Assembly: GCA_965222225.1 (NCBI GenBank)
Contig: CBDCTK010000002.1
Location: forward strand, 704,001-768,000
Source: Candidatus Poribacteria bacterium
GTDB taxonomy: Bacteria > Poribacteria > WGA-4E > JAJDTR01
Reading direction: 5' to 3'
Length of the DNA stretch: 64,000 nt
Every line of letters begins with the position of its first letter. Positions within the stretch are counted from its first letter, which is position 1. The position numbers and the translations under genes were made by a program. Below, piece after piece: positions 30,657 to 40,419 of this stretch. A model generated the notes under the pieces. It was not told where the DNA came from and ran no database searches. It saw only the letters and a list, made by a program, of their open reading frames with translations.

Positions 30657-31433
30657 TTACAGGGCTTTAAGTTTGCCCCATGTGAGACTCAACTTGCCGG
30701 CGGGTCCGACGTCCTTGGGATGTTTGCTTTGACCATTCGCGTCCCAGATCTCCACCTCATCATACACGGGAGTTGCCCCGCCCCGCCCCCAGGCTTCCAT
30801 GGCTTTCCCGACCAACCCGACAGGTCCCGCGGGCCGATTCGGCTTGACAACAGTTCCGTCTTTTTTGCGCCATTCTTTGACGTTACCGGTCGGTTTAATT
30901 GGCTCTTCGTCTCCATCAAGCCAAGCCTTGGCAATCAACTCGTGTTTGTCCGTGACGGTCAACTGAACCCAGATCCACTGATCGAGTTGGGGACGCACGG
31001 GTTTGTTCAGATTGACCCACTGCACCCCTTCATTTAACAGTTTGACATCACTGGGGCCATTTTCTGTTGTCGTCAAGCAGTATCCAAGATGTCCTGTCGG
31101 TTTGCCATCCTGCGCTTCGGCGTTGTTGAGTCTTGGCGTCAATCGAACCGCGATGCCCATTCGGGTCCAGGGAGCGCCGATGATTTTCCCTTTGGCCTGG
31201 ATGGTAATCTGTTTGGAATGGAATTCAGCCGGTATTTTGGGAACCGCATAGTTAAATTTCACATTCGATTCGACACAAGCCAGATACCCATCCGTTTCAT
31301 CCCAAATACCGGTGAGGTCCCATTTCTTATCGATGACACCATCTTCAAAGTCATCGAAAAATAGTGTTTTTGCCATTACCCCGCCGCACCAGAGCAGCAG
31401 AATAACTCCGAGCACCGGAAAAATGATTCTCAT
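30657..31433 (-). CDS. Secreted beta-rich hypothetical protein with the shared C-terminal motif
   Basis: Signal peptide, FFDDFEDG start, C-terminus DVGPAGKLSLTWGKLK; RBS aaggag. Confidence 0.82.
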   Translation of the reverse strand: MRIIFPVLGVILLLWCGGVMAKTLFFDDFEDGVIDKKWDLTGIWDETDGYLACVESNVKFNYAVPKIPAEFHSKQITIQAKGKIIGAPWTRMGIAVRLTPRLNNAEAQDGKPTGHLGYCLTTTENGPSDVKLLNEGVQWVNLNKPVRPQLDQWIWVQLTVTDKHELIAKAWLDGDEEPIKPTGNVKEWRKKDGTVVKPNRPAGPVGLVGKAMEAWGRGGATPVYDEVEIWDANGQSKHPKDVGPAGKLSLTWGKLKAL

Positions 31434-32524
31434 TTTTTTTCTCCTTCAGTTTGTCTACGAATGTTCTTGACACTGAAATGACCAAACTCAAACCGATTAA
31501 TCGACGCTACGTGGGGATGGTTCATCTTCTGCAGGAGTTTGGTTGACACTTTGTTGTGACACAAGAATCTTAAGCGAGGGAAGGAAACTTATCCTTGTTT
31601 TCCTTCCTTTCTTACTTCACTTTCCATGTGGCCGCAATTGAATCTGGCCCAAAACTACGGTTTGAAAGTGTCGATCTAACTCTGAACCGTGCCTGATTCG
31701 ATAAACCGGGCTACGGCACATGGCGTGTGCCTGCTACTTTAACGTTAGCTTCTTACCTCGAACTCACGTTAATGAATTGGAAGTGACCCACCCGAAGATT
31801 GTGATTGGCGGGGCGGGGTGATGAACATCCGTCCTTATGTCCAGTACGGTGATTTCTTTGTGTTTGGTTGTGGTGAAAGGTCGATCGTCGATATATTTGA
31901 GCACCTTTTCAACAAGAAGTTGACCTGGAGACGTGCGTCTAATTAGGTGAAGGCACTGTTGACGTTAGACGGGATGGAGAAGTATTATCGCCAGTACCGT
32001 CCACAGCATTTCTAATATCAGGAGCTCAGAGAATCCCCAACATGTCGCTTGGTAGTGCACTAGAGCACGTCTAAGCCCTGAAATGTTTAAGCTCAGGGCT
32101 TAGGGTTGGCGATTGAAAGCAGCTACTTTTGTGTTTTGAGTTCGCCCCAAATGGTTGTGAGTATGGAGGTCGGCTTTAACTTTGGAAGTACACTGCCTCC
32201 ATCGGACACGATAAAAACCGTATCTGTTCCAACGAAAAGGTTACCACCAAATTCCGAATTAAGGTTGCCCGAATACCAGACACAGAGTCAGTTTTGGGCT
32301 TTTCTGTGCCGGGTTGGACATTTGGGCGAGAGGTTATCATAGCAGAATCGCAGAAAAAGTCAACACAAAAACATGCATACTTAGGGTCATTCAGTTTTCG
32401 GCAAAAGTTGACCAACACTGAATTTCAATGTCTTTAAAATCAAGCTATGTTTGAATCCAATTTTTCTCCGAACCGGTAGTGAACCATAAAGGAAGGTATT
32501 GAACTCTCTGGCACCGCCGATCTG

Positions 32525-32698
32525 GCAACGAAAGTGACGATTGCGTTGTTTGGGCTTTTTGCCGAAATTAAGCGAGACCATATTTCTCAACGCACAAAAG
32601 AAGGACTTCGAAACGCAAGGTTAAACGGAAAGCAGCTCGGAAGTCCTAACGCGAGATTGGGAAAGTGCAGGCTTTCTGGCAAAGAAGCTGAAATATAG
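32525..32698 (+). pseudogene. Serine resolvase C-terminal relic
   Basis: Translates as KVTIALFGLFAEIKRDHISQRTKEGLRNARLNGKQLGSP. Confidence 0.75.
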
Positions 32699-32799
32699 AT
32701 GGGTATTGCGAGCTAGTAAGGCTTCGCCAGTCGATTATTGGAAGCGACATTAAATTATGTCGCAATTCAACAATCCGACATTAAGAAAGGTTGGTCGCT

Positions 32800-33075
32800 T
32801 CTCCCGAAGTTCGCAAGATCGTGGAGAAAGTGTTCCTAACGGAGGGTGCTGGCCTCGTAATGGAGGCACGACAACCGGCATCTTCTATCCGCCCTTTAGG
32901 ATATGAAATGTTAGGGTCTCTTAGTTTTGGTTCCCTTTTTGTAGCGTAGCGCAATATTGCTAACAACTGTCCACTTGTACTTTGGAAGGGAAATCAAGGG
33001 AAATATTCTTCACCAAATCGGCTTGGATTATGGTATCCTCTTTTTCCGCGAATAAGATTTGAAATAAACTGGTAG
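32800..33075 (+). pseudogene. C-terminal relic of a defence-associated phosphoribosyltransferase-like protein (PRTase-CE-like)
   Basis: RPLGYEMLGSLSFGSLFVA*RNIANNCPLVLW...WYPLFPR, with an internal stop. Confidence 0.6.
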
Positions 33076-33215
33076 CAGTCAATTGGTAAGTCATGACATT
33101 CTATAGACGCAAGCTACAGACAAGGGTGAGTTCTCCAACTTTATTGCTTTCTTGTCAGCCATGACCGAAATAACTGAACCAATTTCTGAAGATAAACTTA
33201 GTTCAGGACACCATC

Positions 33216-33833
33216 TTGACACGAACTCATAATCGGCATGAGTCTGCCGTCTTCCGTAAGACACGCGAAAGATTCGGCGATCTTCAAATATGGCGGGAGG
33301 CGACCCGCTTTGCGTCAATGATGTAAAAATATTAACCTCAAAAGCGTTGTAACAACCTGTCGCTTCCCTCATCTGCTGGAAATTCAGCGTATTATCATTG
33401 CACAGAAAAGCCCAATAGCAGCAAAGATGAAAGACAAGGCTTATCGTAAAGAATCGCGAACGGACTAGAATAGAGTTCGTATACAAATCATGAGATGGTG
33501 TCTTCGCGTTTAATTGGCTCAGAATTGGGAAAAATTTGGAGCACTACTTGGAGCTCTTCTTAAATTAGCCGGCAATTTACCAATCGTAGAGGAGTTAAAA
33601 AAAATGATTTCTCGAGCGCGAAACTCGTTCGTGCGAATATACTTGTTGGCACCAACGCTCTTAGTCGATTACTGATTGAACTACGCCGCGAATATTCAGG
33701 AGCTGACAAAGAACATCAATACATTGTTGATTCACCAGAAATTACGGATTTTCTAATCTGTGAACAAAAAATTGGTGTGATTCGCTGCATGAGTTGTAAG
33801 GCATCGGATCCACCCGCCAGATTGACAAACTAA
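33216..33833 (+). pseudogene. NADAR-family (YbiA/DUF1768-like) pseudogene
   Basis: Across frameshifts and stops: SAVFRKTRERFG / SNMAGGDPLCVNDVKILTSKAL* / CRFPHL / QKSPIAAKMK / RTD*NRVRIQIMRWCLRV*LAQNWEKF / LPIVEE / GTNALSRLLIELR. Confidence 0.75.
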
Positions 33834-34037
33834 GCTAGTATGGACAATACCGTTTCAACGTTGCCTGCAAGCCGAATGTACTCATTGGCGTTGCTAAAGA
33901 AGAGGGCAAGATTATAAAGAAACCGATGGTTTATCTTTCTAGAATCATTTTGATGAAAACGGTAGACAAAATCATAAGAAATGTGATAGAATAAAGCGAG
34001 TAAATGCCTTTTCACTCTTAATATGGCAAAAAAGACC

Positions 34038-35058
34038 ATGAAAACCATCGGTTTGTAATTACCCCCAACAACTAGACAGTTGACTAAGAGATTTTCCCCA
34101 CTGGCAAAAGGTCATCATCTGGGAGAAGATATGGCTCGGGAACGCCAAGAAAAGGAAAGAAGTTCCTTCACCATGTCCCACAGAAAACAGCGCGATGGCC
34201 GATTCAAAGCATAGGTAGCCATTGGAGCCATTAAGAAGCGGCAAACTATCAGTCAGATTGTCAGTGAATACGATGTCAACCCATCAAGCGAGCGAATAGC
34301 GAGTGAGGTAGAGATTCCCACGAGGTGTATTTCCAATAACTTCAGGCGTTAATCCTGACCAAAACTAGTCGGATTTTATTGCTTAAATCTCCGTCATTGC
34401 TGTCTAAGGGATGGGGGTAAGTTCAGTTTTTGAGAGTTTCAACCGCAGACCAAGACCTCGAAAAAAAATGCGGACATTCTTCACCTTGCCAATGAGAAGA
34501 ACTTGCCAATGAGAAGAAGTTGATGAATATTGAATGGGTCGAAGAAAAAGCGAGTGGCAAAATCAGTTGGAAGCGGCGGAAAATCGCTACGGTAATCGGC
34601 CACGTCAAAGAAGGGGACAGTATCATCGTCAGTGAGTTGTCGCGTCTTGGGCGTTCCATGTTGGAGTGCATGGGGATTCTCTCCATTGCACTCGATAGAC
34701 AGATCGGGATCGACGCGGTGAAAGACAACTGGTAGCTTGACGGGGCCATTCAATCGAAAATTGTCGCAATGGCGTTTTCGATGACAGCCGACATCTTGAG
34801 AGACCTCATCTCACAGCGCACCAAAGAGGCACTGCTTGCAAAAAGGAAGCAGGGAGTGAGGCTCGGATGCGATCCGGGGACGGGGAAGTGTATGCTGGAC
34901 ATGTACCGATCAGAGATAGAAATACTCTTAAAGAACGGCTCAACACACAAGTTCATTGCACAGCGGTAGGGGACGACTGAAACGAATCTGAGTCTATGGC
35001 TAAAGAAGCATGGGATCAAACAGACAATTCCAAAGGAACGTGATGAGAGAGGTTGATA
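34038..35058 (+). pseudogene. Serine recombinase (resolvase) pseudogene interrupted by an IS3 relic
   Basis: MKTIG[insertion]LRVSTADQ...EEKASG...VSELSRLGRS...RDLISQRTKEAL...HTH; internal stops and a 17-bp tandem duplication at 34485-34518. Confidence 0.85.
34054..34425 (+). mobile_element. Internally deleted IS3-family element (372 bp)
   Basis: TG..CA ends (tgtaattacccccaacaactagacag / ctgtctaagggatgggggtaagttca), GTT direct repeats, OrfA relic HRKQRDGRFKA*VAIGAIKKRQTISQIVSEYDVNP. Confidence 0.8.
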
Positions 35059-35673
35059 AGCTTTCACCAAAAGTAATGCCTCGCATTATTACCCTTTGGT
35101 GACAAAGGAAAGTGGAAACCCATGAACGGACAGCTCTATTTTGAATTCTATAAATGCGGCTTTCAGAGATGCAGCGGGGCGCGTATTGGAAAATGTCCTC
35201 ACACAGTTTGAAGAATTGTCGAAGGACGACCTTGAGAAATTGCTCAACACTAACGTGAAATTTCTTGTGAATGACCACATGCGGAATATCACTAATAACA
35301 CTCTTCAGAAAGACATTGAATCCTTCGACTATACCAAAAGGTTTGCTCTATTTAGAGGCCCAATCGAACATCGTTCAATCTAATACCGGATTCCACTGGA
35401 TTGTGTGTAATGTTTAGATTTGGAAGTGGCATTAGAAAGGTTGGAGAAATCCAACTTGGGACGCGCAAAATCTCCTGTTGTTAGCTAGGACCGGTACAAA
35501 GTCCGAAAAATTCAAGATGACACGTTTCTGCCTTGTTCAGCGATTCAAGAGCCGGGCAGAGCAAAACCGGAAGCAAAGATATAGAATGTCTGCTGCTGAG
35601 TGACCCTCCTTTCAAATAATGCTACGGCAGCAGAAACGCTATTTAACTTACTGCCAATTAGGAGGAATTAATC

Positions 35674-36660
35674 GTGAAATCTGCTACGATAGTCAGCGTA
35701 CTCACCATGTTCCTAAGTTATTGCGTAATTCTACCAGTTGCTCATGCCGAAGTCGTGGGTGCGTGGACCTTTGATAGAGGCGAACCGAATCAGGAAGCCC
35801 AAGGGAAAATTGAGGATGTTTCCGGCAACGGGCACCACGGTAAAATTGAGGGCAGAGTCAAATGGCGAGCAGGTAAACGAGGAACCGCATTGGAGTTTTT
35901 TGAAACAGACGGTGACGCAGGAACTCAGTGGCCTGGCTGGGTTGAAGTTCCACACCACGAGGATTTCAACCTGCTAGAGTTTTCTCTGTCAGGCTGGGCC
36001 AAGATTCCAGAACTCCTAGGCCATCCTCTTAACGATGGCTTTTGTAATAATGCCTGTGGAGATCCAACGGATCTATCCGCCAATCAGATGCTGTTTGGCA
36101 AAACGTCCCACTTGGCTCGAAGCAATTATGCTATGTGGGTTTCAGATGCCGGGAAAGGCGGAGAACAAAGGCGTGGCGAATTGGGGCACGCTACGTTCGG
36201 ATTCACGGCTCAACAGCCGCGCGTAGCCCGCGTTTATGTCGACGAAACAGAGAAGCGTGCAAATGTCGTTGACGGGAAGTGGCATCATGTTGTCGGCACA
36301 TATAAAGAGCCTTTGCTCGTCCTATATGTCGACGGCCGGGAGACAGGACGACGAGAAAACGAAAAGTTAAACGACATAGCGAAGAAAATTAAAGTTGTAC
36401 CGCCACCCGGCTTCGCGGCACTAGGGGGCGGCAAATTCGCCCCATTCATGATCGGCTGTCAAATCATAGGGAGTTCGACTAAGGGCCAGAGGCCAAGTTA
36501 CGGAACGGCGGGAGTCATAGATGAGGTTGCCGTCTTTAATCACGCGTTAAACGAGGACGAAGTTAGAACTCTCTGGAGGCAGGGGTTAGTACAGTTCCTA
36601 GCCGTGGAAGCGCACGGGAAACTCGCAACAATGTGGGGCAAGATAAAGCGCAAGAGATAG
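35674..36660 (+). CDS. Secreted LamG domain protein
   Basis: RBS aggagg, signal peptide, DVSGNGHHG, WHHVVGTY, GVIDEVAVFN; C-terminus AVEAHGKLATMWGKIK. Confidence 0.9.
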   Translation: MKSATIVSVLTMFLSYCVILPVAHAEVVGAWTFDRGEPNQEAQGKIEDVSGNGHHGKIEGRVKWRAGKRGTALEFFETDGDAGTQWPGWVEVPHHEDFNLLEFSLSGWAKIPELLGHPLNDGFCNNACGDPTDLSANQMLFGKTSHLARSNYAMWVSDAGKGGEQRRGELGHATFGFTAQQPRVARVYVDETEKRANVVDGKWHHVVGTYKEPLLVLYVDGRETGRRENEKLNDIAKKIKVVPPPGFAALGGGKFAPFMIGCQIIGSSTKGQRPSYGTAGVIDEVAVFNHALNEDEVRTLWRQGLVQFLAVEAHGKLATMWGKIKRKR

Positions 36661-37079
36661 CTATTGGTTTGACCCAGTTTGACGGTAGAACGACGCAGAT
36701 TCACTAACTCGTACATGCATTTAAACTACCACAACTCGTTTTCAGGATTCCTACACATGTAGGTTTTTTTGGAAGGACTATTGCAAAAGGGTTGGAAAAT
36801 GTCTCGCCATGCTGGATAGTTGACTTATGTCGTCGTTGAATTGGGATTGCCGACCAGCAGCTTAGTTGCCCTCTTGTGCTTATTGGACTTCTTATCGCAG
36901 GCAAAAGTCTAAGGTGATCCGGGGGACATCCTTCCTTCCATGTTCCGGGTTGAAAGTGCGAAGCACCAAGGGTAATTAGCTAGAGTGAATCATCAGAAAG
37001 TTAAGCTTTTCTGAATTAGATTGTCAGTATGTAGTGAGCATGACAGCCTAACTACGTTCTCAAAGTCAATCGCCCAGTT

Positions 37080-38801
37080 TTGAACGAATTCTGTACCATT
37101 AGGAATTCGCTATCCTTAATTTCATCTCTAATCGATTTGCAACCTTCACGAACCCCTCCCCCCAAAAAGCTACGGTTGGTTCACTACCTGATTGTGATTG
37201 GGGTATTGACTGCCCTAGCGACAGTTTTCCTCATCTATCGCCAAACTTCACTCCGGAGACCTGTTGAAAATCTGTTTACGCTCCTCCCTGAAGATCCAAT
37301 TTGTTATGTGAGCGCAAAAAATCTCACCGACGCGGTGAAAGCCTTCGGGAGCAGCCCGTTTGGGCAGCGCACCGCGCAGATGCCGATTCTCGCCGAAGTC
37401 CAGAGACAGGGGTGGTGGCGTCAGATTAGTTATCAGAAGCGCCTCTGGGAACATGCGATGGGCGGCGAATTCAACTTCAATAAACTGAAGGGGTACTTCG
37501 GCGAAGAAGCGATCCTGGCACTATACGGTAGGGAGAGCGAAATATCATTTCTTCTGATAAGCACGCTGGGAGCGAAAGAGAAGCTGGAAATCGCGGCAGT
37601 TACCGCGGCTGACCCGTTTAATCCAAGCTACAAGCGACTTCAAAGCGATTACGGCGGATTTACGATTAACACCATTACCGGTTATCCTCGCGACTTTAGT
37701 TATGCGTTCATTGGCAAGATTGGACTGTTGACTCTTAGTCAATCTCTCATTGAGGAAACGATTGACATTTATTCCAAGAATAAAAAAGGATTTAGCGATC
37801 TCCACCCGATGAGCCAATTCCTGCTAAAACGATACGACTCAAACGGTAGCGCAATCTTTGTCGATTTCCCTAAGCTCTTAAATGCCTTTGAGCTTATAGA
37901 GGAACTAGTTCCTTTCACCAAGGGGATAGAAACGTGGACGTTTAGCAACGTTTACCATAATGGGACAATTCGCTCGCATCACCGGATTCAGTGGACACCG
38001 GATCGAGAGAGGCACTTACCTGAACCTGCGACTATTAACCCGAGACTCCTTTCAACCCTGCCCGGGAAATCCGCCGTGTCATACATTGATCGAACCCTAG
38101 ATTCTTCGACATTCTGGGAATTCTTAAAGGCAAATTTACCAATCCAGCATCAAAAGCGTGAGATGAACCTGACTCGTCATCTCGGTGAGGAGGTCACAAT
38201 TGCACTAATTGGCGCTGCGTCCGGGGGCGCGATTAGGGTGCCATCAGTCATTGCGGCGATTCCGATTACAAACCCAACGGGCTTAGAAGCGGACTTGACG
38301 AGACTCCAAGGGCATAGAATTATCGTTAATGGAAAGCAACTCCAATTTTCCGAATCCCAGACCTATCGTGGTGTAGCCTTTCAACCGGTTCAACTTCCCT
38401 TGGGATTTCTCTTTTCGCTCAAAGGCGCTTATGCTCTCACCAACGATTATTGGATTATTAGCACAACCATACCCGGTTTGAAATCCGTAATTGACGCGTC
38501 GAGTGGCGAGAGCACAACTCTAGCGCAAATTCAGTTCCCCGAACCAGTCAATCAACCAAGAGACTGTCATCTTCTCGTCCAGCCTAATCTCTTGGTTTCG
38601 GAACTCAGGGGCTTTGTGCCGATTCTCGGTTTGATTGCATCCATTACGAGGAATTCATTTGATTTCCGATCGATGCAACAGATTGTCGCCAACAGTTCAC
38701 CGCTTGAAACTCTAGGACCAGTGTCCGTCGGTATTGACTTCGACGATGAGGAAATGAACGTGGAAGTTCAAGTGGTTATTCTGGTAAACGATAAATCCTA
38801 G
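37080..38801 (+). CDS. Membrane-anchored hypothetical protein (DUF3352-like); start uncertain
   Basis: 573-aa ORF, single N-terminal TM helix, twice-repeated GEE..AL motif. Confidence 0.7.
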   Translation: MNEFCTIRNSLSLISSLIDLQPSRTPPPKKLRLVHYLIVIGVLTALATVFLIYRQTSLRRPVENLFTLLPEDPICYVSAKNLTDAVKAFGSSPFGQRTAQMPILAEVQRQGWWRQISYQKRLWEHAMGGEFNFNKLKGYFGEEAILALYGRESEISFLLISTLGAKEKLEIAAVTAADPFNPSYKRLQSDYGGFTINTITGYPRDFSYAFIGKIGLLTLSQSLIEETIDIYSKNKKGFSDLHPMSQFLLKRYDSNGSAIFVDFPKLLNAFELIEELVPFTKGIETWTFSNVYHNGTIRSHHRIQWTPDRERHLPEPATINPRLLSTLPGKSAVSYIDRTLDSSTFWEFLKANLPIQHQKREMNLTRHLGEEVTIALIGAASGGAIRVPSVIAAIPITNPTGLEADLTRLQGHRIIVNGKQLQFSESQTYRGVAFQPVQLPLGFLFSLKGAYALTNDYWIISTTIPGLKSVIDASSGESTTLAQIQFPEPVNQPRDCHLLVQPNLLVSELRGFVPILGLIASITRNSFDFRSMQQIVANSSPLETLGPVSVGIDFDDEEMNVEVQVVILVNDKS

Positions 38802-39027
38802 ATCTCGACTTTGTGCATTTAAGCGACATAACAAGCGGCGCAATTCAAACATTGGAGAAACGTAGGGGATATTTTGATTATCTGGTCTTGTTGACCGACC
38901 ATTGAGAAAGTCAGCAGCGGTTTCTAATACGATTCAGCCTGTCACACCGCTAGTGCTTTCAGAGGCTGGTGAGATCTCTATGGGAGCGCTATCGGATGAT
39001 TTTCCAGAAGGTACACAGCAGCCCAAA

Positions 39028-39057
39028 GTTGGTTTCACTGCGTTCAACCCAACCTAC
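39028..39057. repeat. GTAG-family REP hairpin
   Basis: gttggtttcactgcgttcaacccaacctac; a near-identical copy lies at 56438-56468. Confidence 0.7.
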
Positions 39058-39119
39058 TGGCTGTTCGCCTAATCACGTAATCCACTCCGTTTCTTTTGGC
39101 GGTTGTTATACAGTATTTT

Positions 39120-39914
39120 TCAACCGGTGACTTTCTCTCGCCATGTGATAATTTTTTGCGCAACCGTCACCACAGGCGCGGTCCATACCTCCGCACGACG
39201 CTCCGCCAGGTACTTGCAGAGTTCACGGAAGCAATCTGCCGGCAAAGGGTTTCCGTGAAAGAGCGGCGTAAGGGGGCCTTCCCGATTAGGTTCTGTTTGT
39301 AATCCATGGAGGGTCAAGATGAGCCAACGTCCCCCATCTGTGCCTTTATCAACCAAGCCGCACAAATTTAATCCCGTCATCCATCCGGCGACAATGGACG
39401 AAGTTAGGTAGTGTAGCTCCGTCAGTAGAGGGTGATTCGCTGTCTCGCCCAACCCGCGCGCTGCCGGGAAGTGTTTGGCGATTATCGGCACGTAACTCTG
39501 TCGGTTGATTCCTTCACCGACGTAGCTTTGATAGCACGGATAGCAGAAGGTGCGAGTCTCCTGCTCGGGGATAAGCGCATTCAACCGTCTTTCGGCTTCC
39601 AACACGTCCGCTTCAATCTCCTCCAAGCTAACAGTCTCAAGATACTTGTCGGTATTCCAGCCGAAATTGCGGGCGCAGATATGTTGAATCGTGTGATTTC
39701 CGATCTCGTGTCCAGCCAGCGCCGCGTTTCGCCATGGCAAATACCGCTGATCCCAGTCATCGCCACGCGGGTTAATATAAAATGTGCCTAGCAAATCGTA
39801 TTCTGCAAGGATTGGTATCGCTATATCCAGATGAGACGCGCTGCCATCATCAAACGTCAATGAAACGGCGGCTTGATGATTATCCGGCCACGGTGAATTG
39901 TTGGGATTGGGCAT
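39120..39914 (-). CDS. Polysaccharide deacetylase (CE4/NodB) family protein
   Basis: SLTFDDG, GHEIGNHT..H, FCYP and LTLHG motifs. Confidence 0.9.
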   Translation of the reverse strand: MPNPNNSPWPDNHQAAVSLTFDDGSASHLDIAIPILAEYDLLGTFYINPRGDDWDQRYLPWRNAALAGHEIGNHTIQHICARNFGWNTDKYLETVSLEEIEADVLEAERRLNALIPEQETRTFCYPCYQSYVGEGINRQSYVPIIAKHFPAARGLGETANHPLLTELHYLTSSIVAGWMTGLNLCGLVDKGTDGGRWLILTLHGLQTEPNREGPLTPLFHGNPLPADCFRELCKYLAERRAEVWTAPVVTVAQKIITWREKVTG

Positions 39915-40023
39915 TTTGTTCCTTTAAATCTTGATGGAGTTTGATGGTGCGGGTTCTTCGGCAAAATTGCCCGGATTGCGGAGGTTTCGCCGGAGATTTG
40001 GACTCGGCCCAACAATGCAATGG

Positions 40024-40180
40024 TAACGTAAGTTGCTACCTGTAACAGAGAAACCGAGTTTTTGGCTCACGTTTGCTAAATAATAGGCAAATTGATTAGA
40101 TTTACGTCGATCTTGTGTTTTCGCGTCGGAAAAAACTCGGCTTCTGCCTCCTATTCGAATTCAGGTGGCAACTCGGGTTA
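40024..40180. mobile_element. MITE-like element with nested inverted repeats
   Basis: Outer taacgtaagttgctacctg / caggtggcaactcgggtta; inner agaaaccgagtttt / aaaactcggcttct. Confidence 0.55.
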
Positions 40181-40252
40181 TAGTAACACGGGGCATTCCG
40201 ATTGACAATGCAATTCAGGCGTTACAAGCCCAGTTTGCGAGCGAGAAAGTGA

Positions 40253-40308
40253 TAGACAACACCCGACGATTTTGTTAGAATATCTCTCAGTCGTTATCTC
40301 TCAGTCGT
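40253..40308 (+). promoter_or_regulatory. Putative sigma70 promoter followed by a 14-bp direct repeat
   Basis: TAGACA-17 bp-TAGAAT with extended TG, then tatctctcagtcgt twice. Confidence 0.45.
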
Positions 40309-40419
40309 AGGGGTTATTTCAGACGGGAGATTCCAAATTTAGCTGGCTTTCTGCGTTCAACGGGTTTGGTTTTGCCGCTTCCGCGGACAGTCTGAAAATA
40401 TGAATGAGGGTGAGTTAAA

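Noticed and set aside
31790-31945. Possible fragment of a B12-binding radical SAM gene (PKIVIGGAG/MNIRPYVQYGDFFVFGCGE)
   Set aside because: Short, needs a frameshift, and similarity cannot be verified without a search.
32071-32103. Hairpin taagccctga...tcagggctta as a tRNA end or att site
   Set aside because: No cloverleaf, T-loop or matching direct repeat was found.
35141-35383. 80-aa ORF after the resolvase pseudogene
   Set aside because: No motif; probably another decayed fragment.
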